NCBI GenBank assembly: GCA_965262115.1
Contig: OZ253496.1
Coordinates: 2,144,001-2,208,000, forward strand
Length of the DNA stretch: 64,000 bases
DNA from: Nitrospinales bacterium
GTDB taxonomy: Bacteria; Nitrospinota; Nitrospinia; Nitrospinales; VA-1
Direction of reading: 5' to 3'
How positions within the stretch are numbered: the first letter of the stretch is position 1; each line of letters opens with the position of its first letter. Shown piece by piece: positions 49,264 to 60,208 of the stretch. A program made the position numbers and the translations under genes. The notes under the pieces were generated by a model, which saw nothing but the letters and a program-made list of their open reading frames with translations, made no database searches and was not told the DNA's origin.

Positions 49264-50820
49264 TCATTCCCACTCGATGGTGCCGGGGGGTTTGGAACTG
49301 ATGTCATAGACCACCCGGTTGACCCCATGTACTTCGTTGATGATGCGGTTAGAGAGTTTTCCCAACAGTTCATAAGGGAGGTGGGCCCAGTCGGCCGTCA
49401 TGCCGTCGGTGCTGGTAACGGCGCGAATGGCTACTACATTTTCGTAGGTGCGGGCATCGCCCATGACCCCTACTGTTTTTACCGGAAGCAGGACCGCGAA
49501 CGATTGCCATAAATCGTTGTACAAGCCTTCGGCTTTCACTTCCTCCAGAATGATCTTGTCGGCAGCGCAAAGGATGTCGAGGCGCTCGCGGGTCACCTCT
49601 CCCAGAATGCGGATGGCCAGGCCCGGACCGGGGAATGGCTGGCGGTTGATGATTTCATCCGGCATGCCCATCTCGCGTCCCAGCACACGAACTTCATCCT
49701 TGAACAATTCGCGAAACGGTTCGAGAAGCTTCAACTGCATTTTTTCCGGCAGGCCGCCAACGTTGTGATGCGACTTGATAACTGCTGACGGGCCGCCTTT
49801 GAAGGAGACCGACTCGATGACATCCGGATACAATGTGCCTTGAGCGAGAAAAGTGAAGTCCCCCAGTCGTTTGGCTTCCTCCTCAAAAACTTTGATGAAG
49901 GTATTGCCGATGGATTTTCTTTTTTGTTCCGGGTCGGTGATGTCTTTAAGTTTATTAAGAAATTTGTCGGCGGCATCGATGACATCAAGGTTGATGTTGA
50001 AGTTGTCGCGAAACGTGCTTTCCACTTTTTCTTTTTCGCCGGACCGCAAAAGTCCGTTGTCGATGAATAGGCAGTACAGGTTGTCGCTGATGGCTTTATG
50101 AATCAGCACTGCCGCGACCGAAGAATCCACCCCGCCGCTCAACCCGCAAACCACTTTTAAGTTCCCCACACGGCTGCGGATATCGTTGATCATGTGATCG
50201 ACCAGTGAATCCATTTTCCAGTTCTTCGCGCATTGGCAGATTTTAAACAGGAAGTTCTTGAGGACCTTAACGCCCTCCACCGTGTGGACCACCTCTGGAT
50301 GAAATTGCAGGCCATAAATATGTGCTAATGGATTTTCAATGGCCGCCAGAGGCGAATTATCTGTGAAGGCAATGCCTTTGAATCCGTTCGGCAGTTTTGA
50401 GATGCGGTCGCCATGGCTCATCCACACGATGGAATTATTTTTCACCCCTTCGAACAGATGTGAAAATTCTTTCAGCACCAACTCGGCCCTGCCGAATTCG
50501 CGATGCGGGGAAGGGTCGACCTTGCCACCCAGCGCATGGGTGATGAGTTGCATGCCATAGCAAATACCGAGAATAGGGATATCCAGTTCAAACAGTCTTC
50601 GGTCGCAAGCCGGTGAGTCTTTTTCCAGAACGCTCGCGGGTCCGCCGGAGAAAATAATGCCTTTTGCATTGAAAGCTTCGACTTTGTCAAACGGCAGGGT
50701 GCAGGGATGGATCTCGCAATAGACCTGGCATTCCCGCACTTTGCGGGCAATGTTCTGGGTGTATTGCGACCCAAAATCAAGAATGAGAATTTTCTGTTCG
50801 TGCAGAGCGTCTGTGGTCAT
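49264..50820 (-). CDS. guaA: GMP synthase (glutamine-hydrolysing)
   Basis: [30 protein letters not shown]. Confidence 0.98.
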   Translation of the reverse strand: MTTDALHEQKILILDFGSQYTQNIARKVRECQVYCEIHPCTLPFDKVEAFNAKGIIFSGGPASVLEKDSPACDRRLFELDIPILGICYGMQLITHALGGKVDPSPHREFGRAELVLKEFSHLFEGVKNNSIVWMSHGDRISKLPNGFKGIAFTDNSPLAAIENPLAHIYGLQFHPEVVHTVEGVKVLKNFLFKICQCAKNWKMDSLVDHMINDIRSRVGNLKVVCGLSGGVDSSVAAVLIHKAISDNLYCLFIDNGLLRSGEKEKVESTFRDNFNINLDVIDAADKFLNKLKDITDPEQKRKSIGNTFIKVFEEEAKRLGDFTFLAQGTLYPDVIESVSFKGGPSAVIKSHHNVGGLPEKMQLKLLEPFRELFKDEVRVLGREMGMPDEIINRQPFPGPGLAIRILGEVTRERLDILCAADKIILEEVKAEGLYNDLWQSFAVLLPVKTVGVMGDARTYENVVAIRAVTSTDGMTADWAHLPYELLGKLSNRIINEVHGVNRVVYDISSKPPGTIEWE

Positions 50821-50868
50821 GGCAATAGCGGGATTTTCTCTGGCTTGTCCGGAAAAATTCCGGCGGGA

Positions 50869-52335
50869 TCAGTCGATATTATAATTTGGAGCTTCTTTGG
50901 TCACGATCACATCGTGAACATGGCTTTCGCGAAGCCCGGCCGGGGTGACCTTGATGAACGAAGCGTTCTTTCTCAACTCGTTAATGGTAGCGGCTCCGCA
51001 ATATCCCATCCCCGCACGCAGTCCCCCTAACAGTTGGTGGACGGTGAATGACAATGCGCCGCGGAAGGGAATACGTGCTTCAACCCCCTCCGGAACCAGT
51101 TTGCTTTCAGAGAGCGCCCATTCCTGGAAGTACCGGTCACTGGAACCTTGTGACATGGCACCGATGGAACCCATGCCCCGGTATTCCTTGTAGCTTCTGC
51201 TCTGGAAAAGAATTTTTTCTCCCGGGCTTTCTTCTGTTCCGGCAAACAGGGAGCCGATCATCACCGTGCTGGCCCCGGCGGCAATGGCTTTGGTGATGTC
51301 GCCGGAAAGCTTGATACCACCATCGGAAATAACCGGGATATTTTTTTTCTCTGCCACCTTCACGCATTCCGCGATGGCGGATATCTGCGGCACGCCGACT
51401 CCCGACACTACACGAGTGGTGCAGATGGAACCGGGGCCAATGCCAACCTTGACGGCATCGACTCCGGCTTTGATCAGGTCGGCGGCTCCTTGGGCGGTAG
51501 CCACGTTGCCGCCTATCAGTTCAAGTTTTGGAAAAGTCTTTTTAATTTCCCGGATGGTCGCTAGAACTTTCTCCGAATGCCCGTGGGCGCTGTCGATCAC
51601 CAGAACGTCAAGCCCGACGCGGATTAAATCTTCAATATGTTCTATGGGATTCTGGGTCACACCCAAGGCAGCTCCGACCAGAAGTCGGCCTTTGGAGTCT
51701 TTGGCGGCGTTGGGGAATTGCCCGGCTTTTTCAATGTCCTTGATGGTGATCAGCCCCTTGAGATACCCTTTTTTGTCGACCACCAGCAGTTTTTCGATAC
51801 GGTTATCATGCAGAAGTTGTTTGGACTTTTCCAGCGGCGTGCCTTCCGGAATGGTGACCAGATCGTCTTTGGTCATCAGGGAACTGATTTTCTTGTTGAG
51901 TTTTTTCTCAAACCTGAGATCCCGGTTGGTTAAAATCCCCACCAGTTTTTTCTTTTGCGTGATAGGGATGCCCTTGATGTTGTATTTCCGCATGACTTCA
52001 AAGGCTTCGCTGATTTTCTGGTCGGGGCCCATGGTGATCGGGTCGGGGATCATGGCGCTCACCGAGCGTTTGACTTTGTCGACCATCTTGCGTTGTTTTT
52101 CCGGTGGAAGGTTGCGATGGATGATACCGATTCCGCCTTCCTGGGCCAGAGCAATGGCCAGATTGGTTTCGGTCACGGTGTCCATCGGGGCGCTGATCAA
52201 CGGACTGTTCAGTTTGATCTTTCGGGTCAAACGGGTCGAGAGTTTTACGTCTACAGGCAAAACTTTCGAATGGGCAGGCAGGAGCAATACATCGTCGAAA
52301 GTAAGATAGGTTGGGACATTCTTGGGTTCAATCAT
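50869..52335 (-). CDS. guaB: IMP dehydrogenase
   Basis: [11 protein letters not shown] pair, [17 protein letters not shown]. Confidence 0.98.
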   Translation of the reverse strand: MIEPKNVPTYLTFDDVLLLPAHSKVLPVDVKLSTRLTRKIKLNSPLISAPMDTVTETNLAIALAQEGGIGIIHRNLPPEKQRKMVDKVKRSVSAMIPDPITMGPDQKISEAFEVMRKYNIKGIPITQKKKLVGILTNRDLRFEKKLNKKISSLMTKDDLVTIPEGTPLEKSKQLLHDNRIEKLLVVDKKGYLKGLITIKDIEKAGQFPNAAKDSKGRLLVGAALGVTQNPIEHIEDLIRVGLDVLVIDSAHGHSEKVLATIREIKKTFPKLELIGGNVATAQGAADLIKAGVDAVKVGIGPGSICTTRVVSGVGVPQISAIAECVKVAEKKNIPVISDGGIKLSGDITKAIAAGASTVMIGSLFAGTEESPGEKILFQSRSYKEYRGMGSIGAMSQGSSDRYFQEWALSESKLVPEGVEARIPFRGALSFTVHQLLGGLRAGMGYCGAATINELRKNASFIKVTPAGLRESHVHDVIVTKEAPNYNID

Positions 52336-52794
52336 GAGATATTATAACAGAAATTTATTAAAAACGTAAAACGGCAATATTAGCATGCCTGCCTGACGGG
52401 CGGAATTTTTTGGAGCATCAAAACTTGGCTTACAGAGAAATCTTTCATATTTTTCTATAAACAGGCGCTTCTATTGTCGCTGGATACGGTTGTCTGACAC
52501 CCTAGACAAAAGTCAACTTTTAATCTATACTCTGTCCACCTCAGAGTATCACCCCTACATATCTTTCTCTAAGGTTTTCCGGCTTCTTTAGGCTTGAACG
52601 CGCTGTTGTATGTCTTGGAATCCTTCTGGACCCCTTTACGTAAAGTAAGGGATTGGCTTTCTCCGTCTTCTGGAAAAGAGCTGGCGGGGTTTGTGCGGGT
52701 TTTTGTGGATACTTTTTGTGGATACTTATAGAAGGCCTCAGGATTAGTTGCCTATTTGCAAAGTACTGATACTAAACTATTTAACGAGGTAGTG

Positions 52795-53567
52795 ATGACC
52801 AACAATCATATTCAGGAAAGTCGTGTGACCACAGCGTTGTTGTTAGCTGCTGGCACTGGAAATCGTTTACAGCCCTTCACAGATGCTATTCCCAAATGCC
52901 TCGTAGAAATCAATGGGATCCCTATCCTTGAGAGATTGATCGATAATCTCTGTGATAATGATTTTAAGCGGCTGGTTATAGTGGTCGGCTATATGGACCA
53001 CTGCATCCGAAGGTTCGTGAACGAATATGCTGGGGATCTGACCATAGAAATAATTTTCAACCCGGTATTTCAAACGACCAACAATATTTATTCCTTATGG
53101 CTGGCTCGAAACCAAATCCGGGAATCCTTTCTTTTGGTTGAAAGTGATCTCGTGTTCGAGCCCACCCAACTGGAAGGCCTTCTCTATCCAAATAAAACAG
53201 CTCTTTCCCCCCTGCAACCCTGGATGAATGGAACCACAAAACGATAGACTCTCTGAACAGGGTCCAATCTTTTAATATGGGTGGTAACGGATATAGAGAA
53301 GGTGCTCACTATAAGACGGTCAATATATACAGCCTTTCTGATTCAACGTGGCGAAATGTCATTGAACGGTTAGAGCTTTATATTTCCTCTGGCAAGGTGA
53401 ACGAATATTACGAGGTGGTTTTCAAAGAGATGATCGCGGATGGCAGTCTTTCCATGGATGCCGTTTTCTTTGATCCTGACCGCTGGTATGAAATTGACAC
53501 CCCAGCCGATCTTGTAAATGCGGAACGTATCCTGGAAGAAACCGATACGTATCCTGAGGCCTGCTAA
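52795..53567 (+). pseudogene. Phosphocholine cytidylyltransferase (LicC)-like NTP transferase split by a frameshift near 53238
   Basis: LLAAGTGNRL..PKCL, TNNIYSLW, LVESDL; the C-terminal WYEIDT lies in another frame. Confidence 0.78.
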
Positions 53568-53624
53568 GCCAGTTGTTTTTGCTCCAGCCTTTTTTTCTGG
53601 AGCCGCACCCCCTAGAAAACAAGA

Positions 53625-54515
53625 GTGAACATCCTGATGAATGGTGAAACGGAACCTGCCGCTAATACACTGGATTATTCAGTTATTAACAGCTATTGGA
53701 AGAAGGCAGATCCCTCTATCATGGGACCCTATATGATGGAAGGTTTTGGTTTTCCTGCCAGTGCCGGGCGTTTTCGTTTTCGCGCCGAGTCCATTATTGT
53801 CCAACAACTCATCCACAATGCCAAGGTCGATACTACTGGGGCCGTTCTTGATTTGGGAGGTGGTGTCGGATTTTGGGCGGAATTTTTTGCGCAGAAATTC
53901 AAGAAGGTCTTTGCTGTTGAAGCAAGTGCGCCACTATATGAGAGCATGGTGCAACGTTGTTCTTCCTACGACAACTTCACTCCCATCCATGACGATGTAT
54001 TATCTTTTGAACCAGAAAGTCGATGTTCCCTTATCTTCCTCGGTGGACTATTGATGTACCTCAATGAAAAAGATGTTGTCGCACTGCTACGGAAATTGAA
54101 GTCCTTTCTTACTCCGGGAGGTATCATCCTGTGCCGGGAAAGTACGATGCGGAATGGAACGGTCACACGAAATGGAGAATACCAAGCTGTCTACCGATCC
54201 GTCCCGACCTATCTCAGCCTGTTTAACAGCTGCGGTCTGAGAGTGACCCAAACCTGTTTAAACGTACCGTATGTTCTCCTGCAAATGGGTTGTGAATTGA
54301 TTAAGAAGTGGAAGGATAATGTGCCAGGAAATCTTCAAATGATACCTGCCGTGGGGCATCTGGCATACTGGGGTTTGCGTTTGGGCAATCCTTGGATAGC
54401 ACGTGTTCCTTCGGCAATGGGGATTGATTTCCCTGAACTGACAAACCATTTTTTTCTGATTCGCTCCGGTTCCCAACCGCACTCCAGCGGCAAGACGAGT
54501 CCCGTCAGTCTGTGA
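53625..54515 (+). CDS. Class I SAM methyltransferase resembling phosphoethanolamine N-methyltransferase
   Basis: VLDLGGGVG; LLMYLNEKDV...PGGIILCRES. Confidence 0.8.
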   Translation: MNILMNGETEPAANTLDYSVINSYWKKADPSIMGPYMMEGFGFPASAGRFRFRAESIIVQQLIHNAKVDTTGAVLDLGGGVGFWAEFFAQKFKKVFAVEASAPLYESMVQRCSSYDNFTPIHDDVLSFEPESRCSLIFLGGLLMYLNEKDVVALLRKLKSFLTPGGIILCRESTMRNGTVTRNGEYQAVYRSVPTYLSLFNSCGLRVTQTCLNVPYVLLQMGCELIKKWKDNVPGNLQMIPAVGHLAYWGLRLGNPWIARVPSAMGIDFPELTNHFFLIRSGSQPHSSGKTSPVSL

Positions 54516-54613
54516 AGAGTTTCGTCACCCAGATGTTTGAACAGTTGCTGATTCTGATTATAAAGCAGTTGCCTTCAGGATGACCTGCGAGTTGCCTTAG
54601 AAGGACCCATTAA

Positions 54614-54642
54614 TTGACAGAGTGATGTAAAAAGGGGATAAT
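54614..54642 (+). promoter_or_regulatory. Putative sigma70 promoter for the ino1 operon
   Basis: TTGACA-17-GATAAT. Confidence 0.55.
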
Positions 54643-54805
54643 GCTTGGTCGATCCTAAAATTTTGATCTCAAAAGATAAAAGGCAACTCGTTTAATCGAG
54701 ATTGATCTTCAAGAGCATTACCGATTGAAATAAGAAATCCCTGTTGAAAATCTAAAAAATGGATTCCTTTGTGTTTGGTTTTGTTCAAGGACACCTACGC
54801 TCGTT

Positions 54806-54851
54806 TCGACTTTATTAGTTATTTCTGGTCGACTTTATTAGTTATTTCTGG
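54806..54851 (+). repeat. Perfect 23-bp tandem duplication abutting the ino1 RBS
   Basis: TCGACTTTATTAGTTATTTCTGG twice. Confidence 0.92.
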
Positions 54852-54865
54852 AGGGTATTTTGCTG

Positions 54866-56050
54866 ATGGAAAAAATAAAAGTTGCTTTGATTGGTGTTGG
54901 TAACTGTGCCAGCTCTCTTATTCAGGGAATCTATTATTATAAAGATAAAGATCCTCAAGATATTATCGGCCTGATGCATCATGAAATTGGGGGGTACAAA
55001 CCAGAGGATATTCAGGTTGTGGCAGCCTTTGATATAGACAAGCGAAAGGTGGGAAGTGATGTCCATCAAGCCATTTTTGCCAAGCCGAATTGCGCTGTTG
55101 TTTTTTGTTCCGATATTCCGTTATCCGGGGTCAATGTGCAGATGGGTAAAATTTTGGACGGTTTCGCGGATCATATGAGCGATTATGATGCGGACAGCTC
55201 TTTTGTTTTGGCTGATAACCCTGAACCCACTAAGGAAGAGGTTGTACGGATTCTCAAGGAGTCAGGTGCGGAAATTCTCCTCAATTACCTTCCGGTAGGC
55301 TCCGAAGAAGCGACCCGGTTTTATGCGGACTGTGCGTTGGAGGCTAATGTTGCCTTTATCAACAATATACCGGTATTCATCGCAAGCGACCCTGTATGGG
55401 CCAAGCGTTTTGAGGAAAAAAATATTCCCATTGTCGGTGATGACATCAAATCACAGGTTGGGGCGACCATCACTCACCGGGTTCTGACCGACTTGTTCAA
55501 GAAGCGCGGTGTCAAGTTGGAACGAACCTACCAGCTCAATACCGGCGGCAACACCGATTTTCTCAACATGCTCAACCGCCATCGCCTGGCCTCGAAGAAA
55601 AAATCCAAAACGGAAGCGGTTCAATCCGTTACCGCCCATCGCTTGGCCGACAAAAACATCCATGTTGGTCCCAGCGATTATGTGCCTTGGCAAAAGGACA
55701 ACAAAATCTGCTTCATTCGAATGGAAGGCAAACTCTTCGGCGATGTGCCCATGAATATTGAGCTTAGGCTTTCCGTGGAGGACTCGCCTAATTCCGCTGG
55801 AGTTGTCATCGACTCTATCCGATGCACGAAATTGGCATTGAGCCGTGGTCAGGGTGGAGTTCTTTTTGCCCCATCAGCTTATTTCTGCAAGCATCCTCTC
55901 CACCAGTTCACTGATGATGAAGCCTTTCAAATGATTGAGAGGTTTATCGATGGCACCCAGCTTGTCCAGGATAATAACATCCTGCGCATAGAAGAGCCAA
56001 GGCTGGAGACATCTCTAGATTTGGTTGCAGAAAATCTAAACAAAAATTAA
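54866..56050 (+). CDS. ino1: Myo-inositol-1(3)-phosphate synthase
   Basis: GVGNCASSL, YLPVGSE, GDDIKSQVGAT, GGNTDFLNM, EDSPNSAG. Confidence 0.95.
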   Translation: MEKIKVALIGVGNCASSLIQGIYYYKDKDPQDIIGLMHHEIGGYKPEDIQVVAAFDIDKRKVGSDVHQAIFAKPNCAVVFCSDIPLSGVNVQMGKILDGFADHMSDYDADSSFVLADNPEPTKEEVVRILKESGAEILLNYLPVGSEEATRFYADCALEANVAFINNIPVFIASDPVWAKRFEEKNIPIVGDDIKSQVGATITHRVLTDLFKKRGVKLERTYQLNTGGNTDFLNMLNRHRLASKKKSKTEAVQSVTAHRLADKNIHVGPSDYVPWQKDNKICFIRMEGKLFGDVPMNIELRLSVEDSPNSAGVVIDSIRCTKLALSRGQGGVLFAPSAYFCKHPLHQFTDDEAFQMIERFIDGTQLVQDNNILRIEEPRLETSLDLVAENLNKN

Positions 56051-56056
56051 AGCCTA

Positions 56057-57379
56057 GTGAAGTGTCTAATTATTGCGGCAGGTAAAGGCCACCGCTTGTG
56101 GAGTAAGGGCGATAGCAAGCCCCTTGTCCCACTTTTTGGTATCCCTTTAATCGAGCGGGTTGTTCGTTGCGCCTATGAGGCTGGAGTGGACGACTTTTTT
56201 GTGGTCACTGGTTACCAGGGGGAGAGTGTTCGCTCTTTTCTTGGTATATTGGCCGACCGTCTTGATATTCGTATCACCTCAATCGTTAATGAGGATTGGG
56301 AAAAAGAAAATGGCCTTTCAGTGCTCAAGGCACGGGATTTCCTGAGCGAACCCTTTTTGTTGCTGATGGCGGATCACCTCTTTGATCCATCTATTGTCCG
56401 TAATTTGTTTGAGCAACCCTTAGCCAGAGGTGGAATGGTCTTAGGCGTGGATACAAACATGACCAATCCGCTGATTGATTTAGAGGATGTTACTCGAGTT
56501 AGGACCGAAGGCGGAAAGATCCGGAATATCGGCAAAAACCTGAAGGATTACAATGGATTTGATACGGGTTTATTCGTATGCGATCCCACAATTTTCGATG
56601 CATTAGAACGGTGTGCAGAAACCACTGGCGATACTTCATTATCTGGGGCGGTCCAGGAACTTGCCGACAATGGCTTGGCGAACGCAATTGACATAAACGG
56701 TCAGTTTTGGGTCGATGTAGATGATCCCAATGCTTTCCAGTGGGCGGAAAACGCGCTCTTGTTCAATATGCGAGGAAAGGTCAGCGATGGTCCCGTGGCT
56801 CGTTTTTTGAATCGGCCTTTATCGATTTGGGTTTCCCGTCGGCTGGTGAATTATTCGATTACCCCGAATCAGATTTCCCTTGTCTCGTTCTTGTTTTCAA
56901 TGCTGGCCGCAGGTCTGCTCGCCCTTGGCGATTATTTTTCCCTTTTCATGGGCGGTGTTCTCGCGCAATTCGCCTCGGTGATCGATGGTTGTGATGGTGA
57001 AGTGGCACGGCTTAAATTCCAAGCCAGTGAATATGGGAAATGGCTGGATGCCGTGTTGGACCGCTATGCCGATGCATTCCTTCTTTTTGGCCTCACCTGG
57101 CACGCTTATGGGGATAGGACGGAAGGACTTGTCCTGTTTGTCGGATTCATGGCGATCATTGGGTCATTTTTGTTGAGTTACACGGCAGACAAATACGACC
57201 ATCTTATGAGTCGCCAGATTCGCCAAGGCAAAGGGCTCCGAATGGGCCGGGATATTCGTGTCTTTATCCTATTTCTCGGCGCTGTATTCCATATACCTTT
57301 TTGGTCGCTGCTGCTGATCGCCGTGATGATGAACCTTGAAACCATACGCAGAATCATCGTTTGCCGAAATTATGAATAG
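56057..57379 (+). CDS. Bifunctional inositol-1-phosphate cytidylyltransferase / CDP-alcohol phosphotransferase (IPCT/DIPPS-like)
   Basis: N-terminal AAGKG..KPL NTP-transferase; C-terminal TPNQIS and DGCDGEVAR..G..LD..LD; adjacent to ino1. Confidence 0.87.
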   Translation: MKCLIIAAGKGHRLWSKGDSKPLVPLFGIPLIERVVRCAYEAGVDDFFVVTGYQGESVRSFLGILADRLDIRITSIVNEDWEKENGLSVLKARDFLSEPFLLLMADHLFDPSIVRNLFEQPLARGGMVLGVDTNMTNPLIDLEDVTRVRTEGGKIRNIGKNLKDYNGFDTGLFVCDPTIFDALERCAETTGDTSLSGAVQELADNGLANAIDINGQFWVDVDDPNAFQWAENALLFNMRGKVSDGPVARFLNRPLSIWVSRRLVNYSITPNQISLVSFLFSMLAAGLLALGDYFSLFMGGVLAQFASVIDGCDGEVARLKFQASEYGKWLDAVLDRYADAFLLFGLTWHAYGDRTEGLVLFVGFMAIIGSFLLSYTADKYDHLMSRQIRQGKGLRMGRDIRVFILFLGAVFHIPFWSLLLIAVMMNLETIRRIIVCRNYE

Positions 57380-57959
57380 CATCGAATATGCAAAAGGGAG
57401 AATCAAGGAAGTCATCGCCGTCTCCAAAGTTCCGGAAGATCCCGGCCATGCCGATAACACGCTTGCATGGCTTTTTAAATTGGACCCCAAAACCGATCCA
57501 GCCATGCAGATTGCCGCGCTCGCCCATGATATTGACAGGGCGGTGGAGGCGCAAAAAGTCCGCCGTTCCGATTTTGACGATTATGATGTCTTCAAAGCTG
57601 CGCATGCCCAAAACGGGGCGAAGATTCTGCGGGAAATTCTGCATGATTGCCAAGTTACAAAAGACATTACCGATGAAGCTTGCCGTCTTGTAAAGCTTCA
57701 TGAAGTAGGTGGAGATTCCCGTTCTGACCTTTTAAAGGATGTCGATAGTATTTCCTATTTTGATGTGAATATGCCTTTATACTTTCAACGCGAGGGTTGG
57801 GATGAAACGAAACGCCGATGTGTTTGGGGCTATCGGCGCCTTTCTTCACAGGGAAAAGAGATAGTCAAAGGCATCACTTATGAAAAACAGGCTCTGACGA
57901 GATTGTTAAATGAGGCCATTGGGCAGGCTGAAGAAAAACATGTTTTAGATATAATCTGA
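57372..57959 (+). CDS. HD-domain protein
   Basis: H...AALAHDIDR...HA..GA...D. Confidence 0.75.
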   Translation: MNSIEYAKGRIKEVIAVSKVPEDPGHADNTLAWLFKLDPKTDPAMQIAALAHDIDRAVEAQKVRRSDFDDYDVFKAAHAQNGAKILREILHDCQVTKDITDEACRLVKLHEVGGDSRSDLLKDVDSISYFDVNMPLYFQREGWDETKRRCVWGYRRLSSQGKEIVKGITYEKQALTRLLNEAIGQAEEKHVLDII

Positions 57960-57969
57960 ATTGCAGATT

Positions 57970-58614
57970 ATGATATACAAAAATCTACCCAATATTGTTT
58001 CCCTACTCGGAGTTCTTCCACTCTCAATCCTCTTTTTTAAAGACGGGTTTCAATATTTGATTCCCTTGATTATCTACAACAACATCATGGATGATCTCGA
58101 TGGTATACTTGCCATCAAGCTGAATCTCAAGAGTGATTTTGGCGCAGCGTTGGACAATGTTTGCGATGCTGTTGCTCATATAATTATTGTCATGGCACTT
58201 GGCATTCACTACGGGTTTGCCTTTAGCATAGTCAGCCTTGTGGCGGTGACCGCAATCTTACTGCGTGTTACCTCTCGATTAACGTCTGCTGAAACGATCA
58301 GCGCGGGATCGCCCACCAACGAATTGATGCGGCACCTGCTCTTGGTACTCCTGACAGCAAAGTATTTTGAAATTGCCCCAGAACCATTCTTGATTGCAGT
58401 AATGCTTTTGAACTCCATTTCTATGCTTTCGCCCTTTCCCATGCCCTACTTGATAAGGACTTTGACTAAATCAGCCGCAGCGATTGGGTTTGTCAATGTC
58501 GCGTTGTTGGTGGCGTGGCTCATTCCCATTGCCGCACCGGTCATTGCTTTCGGTTTCTTCGCCACCCATCTGTATTCTCTCGTCCGGCCAAACGACCGGT
58601 GGCTATTGCAATAG
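57970..58614 (+). CDS. CDP-alcohol phosphatidyltransferase family protein
   Basis: LPNIVS, DDLDGILA...FGAALDNVCD. Confidence 0.82.
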   Translation: MIYKNLPNIVSLLGVLPLSILFFKDGFQYLIPLIIYNNIMDDLDGILAIKLNLKSDFGAALDNVCDAVAHIIIVMALGIHYGFAFSIVSLVAVTAILLRVTSRLTSAETISAGSPTNELMRHLLLVLLTAKYFEIAPEPFLIAVMLLNSISMLSPFPMPYLIRTLTKSAAAIGFVNVALLVAWLIPIAAPVIAFGFFATHLYSLVRPNDRWLLQ

Positions 58615-58730
58615 CTTATTCTGGCGAGCAAAAAGTTGTCCCGGCTTGAGGAGCCCTTACCCTTTGGGTCCGGCGTCACGCTGGTCAGCTGAAAATACTA
58701 TTGTTTATTGAGTCTGGTGTCACGCTGGTG
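58600..58730. repeat. Mosaic repeat copy with two GTCACGCTGG linkers
   Basis: GCAATAGC..CTGGCGAGCAAAAAGTTGTCCCGGCTTGA..GGTCCGGCGTCACGCTGG. Confidence 0.8.
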
Positions 58731-58738
58731 GTAATCTG

Positions 58739-60208
58739 ATGAGCATGAAATTATTAGCGCAATTTGTTTTTGTCTTGTGGGTGTTTTGTGGGTCGGTTTA
58801 TGCCCAGCCCTTATTCCAAGGCACCGGTGAGCGGGAAGACTGGATGGGAACCTATTTTCAAGGCAAGAAGATGGGGTTTACCCGAGTGCAAATCCGCTGG
58901 ACTCCCAAATCTATTGAGGTGGACTCCAGGGTTTTTTTTCAGATTCGTTCCAAGTCCATCGACCAATCCACCACCATCAATCAAACGACACGGCTCAGTC
59001 CGGATTTCAAACTTCTGGGTTTTTCCCTCCTGCAGGAGATCACCGGGCACCGGCAACAAGTCGAAGGCAGGATGGAAGGCAATCGACTGACCTACCGGGT
59101 GAAGTCGCGAGGGTTCGACAAGGAGGAGTCCATCGATCTCCCGCCCGGGGCGCTTCCTTCATCGACCTTTCTTTTAAACTTGATGGTGAACGGATTTAAA
59201 GTGGGACAAAAAGGAACCCTGCCTTTGTTTCTGGAGCCGTTCCAAATGATGGTGGATCTAGAGTATGAAGTTCTGCGCCGGGAAACTCTAGAGTACGAGG
59301 GCAAGCCCGTCAAAACTTTTGCGATCAAACAAAAATTCAGCGGCATCGAAACCATCTTGTGGGTGGCCGACGATGGTTCGGTGATTAAAGAAACCACCAA
59401 CCAGGGTTTTGAATCGTTCAGAGAATCTGCCGAAGTTGCGCAGCAACTCGATGAACCGTTGACGGTCAGTAGCCTGATCACCATGAGTCTGGTCAAGCCC
59501 GGTAAGCCGATCGACCGGTCAGACCGGGTGAGGGAAATCATCTTTCACCTTAAGCCGCTCCGTTCGCCCGACCTTGTCCCGCAAGATCATCGGCAAAAAA
59601 TTCTCGAAACAGAACTCCTGCCGAATGGATTTTATCGTGCTACGCTGGAAGTTAAAACTGAACCGGAAACAATCGCCAACCACTCAAGCTGGCCGAAAGA
59701 GTTGTCACAGGATAAAAAGTATCTAGAAGACTCGGCCGAGGTGCAGTCCCGTCACCCCATGATCCGGGCCCTGGCCAGGGAACTTGCCGCAGACACACAA
59801 AATGACTGGCAGGTGGCGCAAGACATCAACCGTTGGGTGCACAACAATTTGGAAAAAGAATTGGTGGACACGGTAACGGCATTGGATGCTTTGTATGAAA
59901 GGCGAGGTGAGTGCCAGTCGCACACTTACCTGTTCACGGCAGTGGCCCGTGCGGTGGGCATCCCCACCCGCATCGTGAACGGACTGGTGTATTCGAAAGA
60001 GTATGAGGGATTTCTTTATCATGCCTGGCCCGAAGTTTATGTGGGCGAGTGGCGGGCTCTCGACCCGACTTTTGGCCAGGACGTGGTGGACGCCACCCAC
60101 ATCAAACTGACTGAAGGAACCAGGGAAGGCTCGTTCCGCCTGATAGAGTTTGTCGGCAAGGTGGAAATCGATTGGTCTCCGGCCAGCGGTCGGCGGCTAC
60201 TGCAATAG
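58739..60208 (+). CDS. Secreted transglutaminase-like domain protein
   Basis: Signal peptide; GECQSH, RAVGIPTR, YHAWPEV, LDPT triad. Confidence 0.88.
   Translation: MSMKLLAQFVFVLWVFCGSVYAQPLFQGTGEREDWMGTYFQGKKMGFTRVQIRWTPKSIEVDSRVFFQIRSKSIDQSTTINQTTRLSPDFKLLGFSLLQEITGHRQQVEGRMEGNRLTYRVKSRGFDKEESIDLPPGALPSSTFLLNLMVNGFKVGQKGTLPLFLEPFQMMVDLEYEVLRRETLEYEGKPVKTFAIKQKFSGIETILWVADDGSVIKETTNQGFESFRESAEVAQQLDEPLTVSSLITMSLVKPGKPIDRSDRVREIIFHLKPLRSPDLVPQDHRQKILETELLPNGFYRATLEVKTEPETIANHSSWPKELSQDKKYLEDSAEVQSRHPMIRALARELAADTQNDWQVAQDINRWVHNNLEKELVDTVTALDALYERRGECQSHTYLFTAVARAVGIPTRIVNGLVYSKEYEGFLYHAWPEVYVGEWRALDPTFGQDVVDATHIKLTEGTREGSFRLIEFVGKVEIDWSPASGRRLLQ

Noticed and set aside
48787..49264. Genomic island integrated at the guaA 3' end
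   Set aside because: Only a degraded IS1595 fragment is present; no integrase or att duplication was seen
51266..52309. Long antisense ORFs (also 34447-35475, 42068-42760, 46453-47130, 62131-62790)
   Set aside because: These are shadows of well-supported genes on the opposite strand and show no motifs
52700..52727. Tandem TTTTTGTGGATAC resembling DnaA boxes or oriC
   Set aside because: Only two imperfect boxes and no dnaA/dnaN context
54678..54730. c-di-GMP-I riboswitch-like words (AAAGGCAA...TTACCGA) in the ino1 leader
   Set aside because: The GAAA tetraloop/receptor and P2/P3 helices are not recognisable; an Rfam scan would be needed
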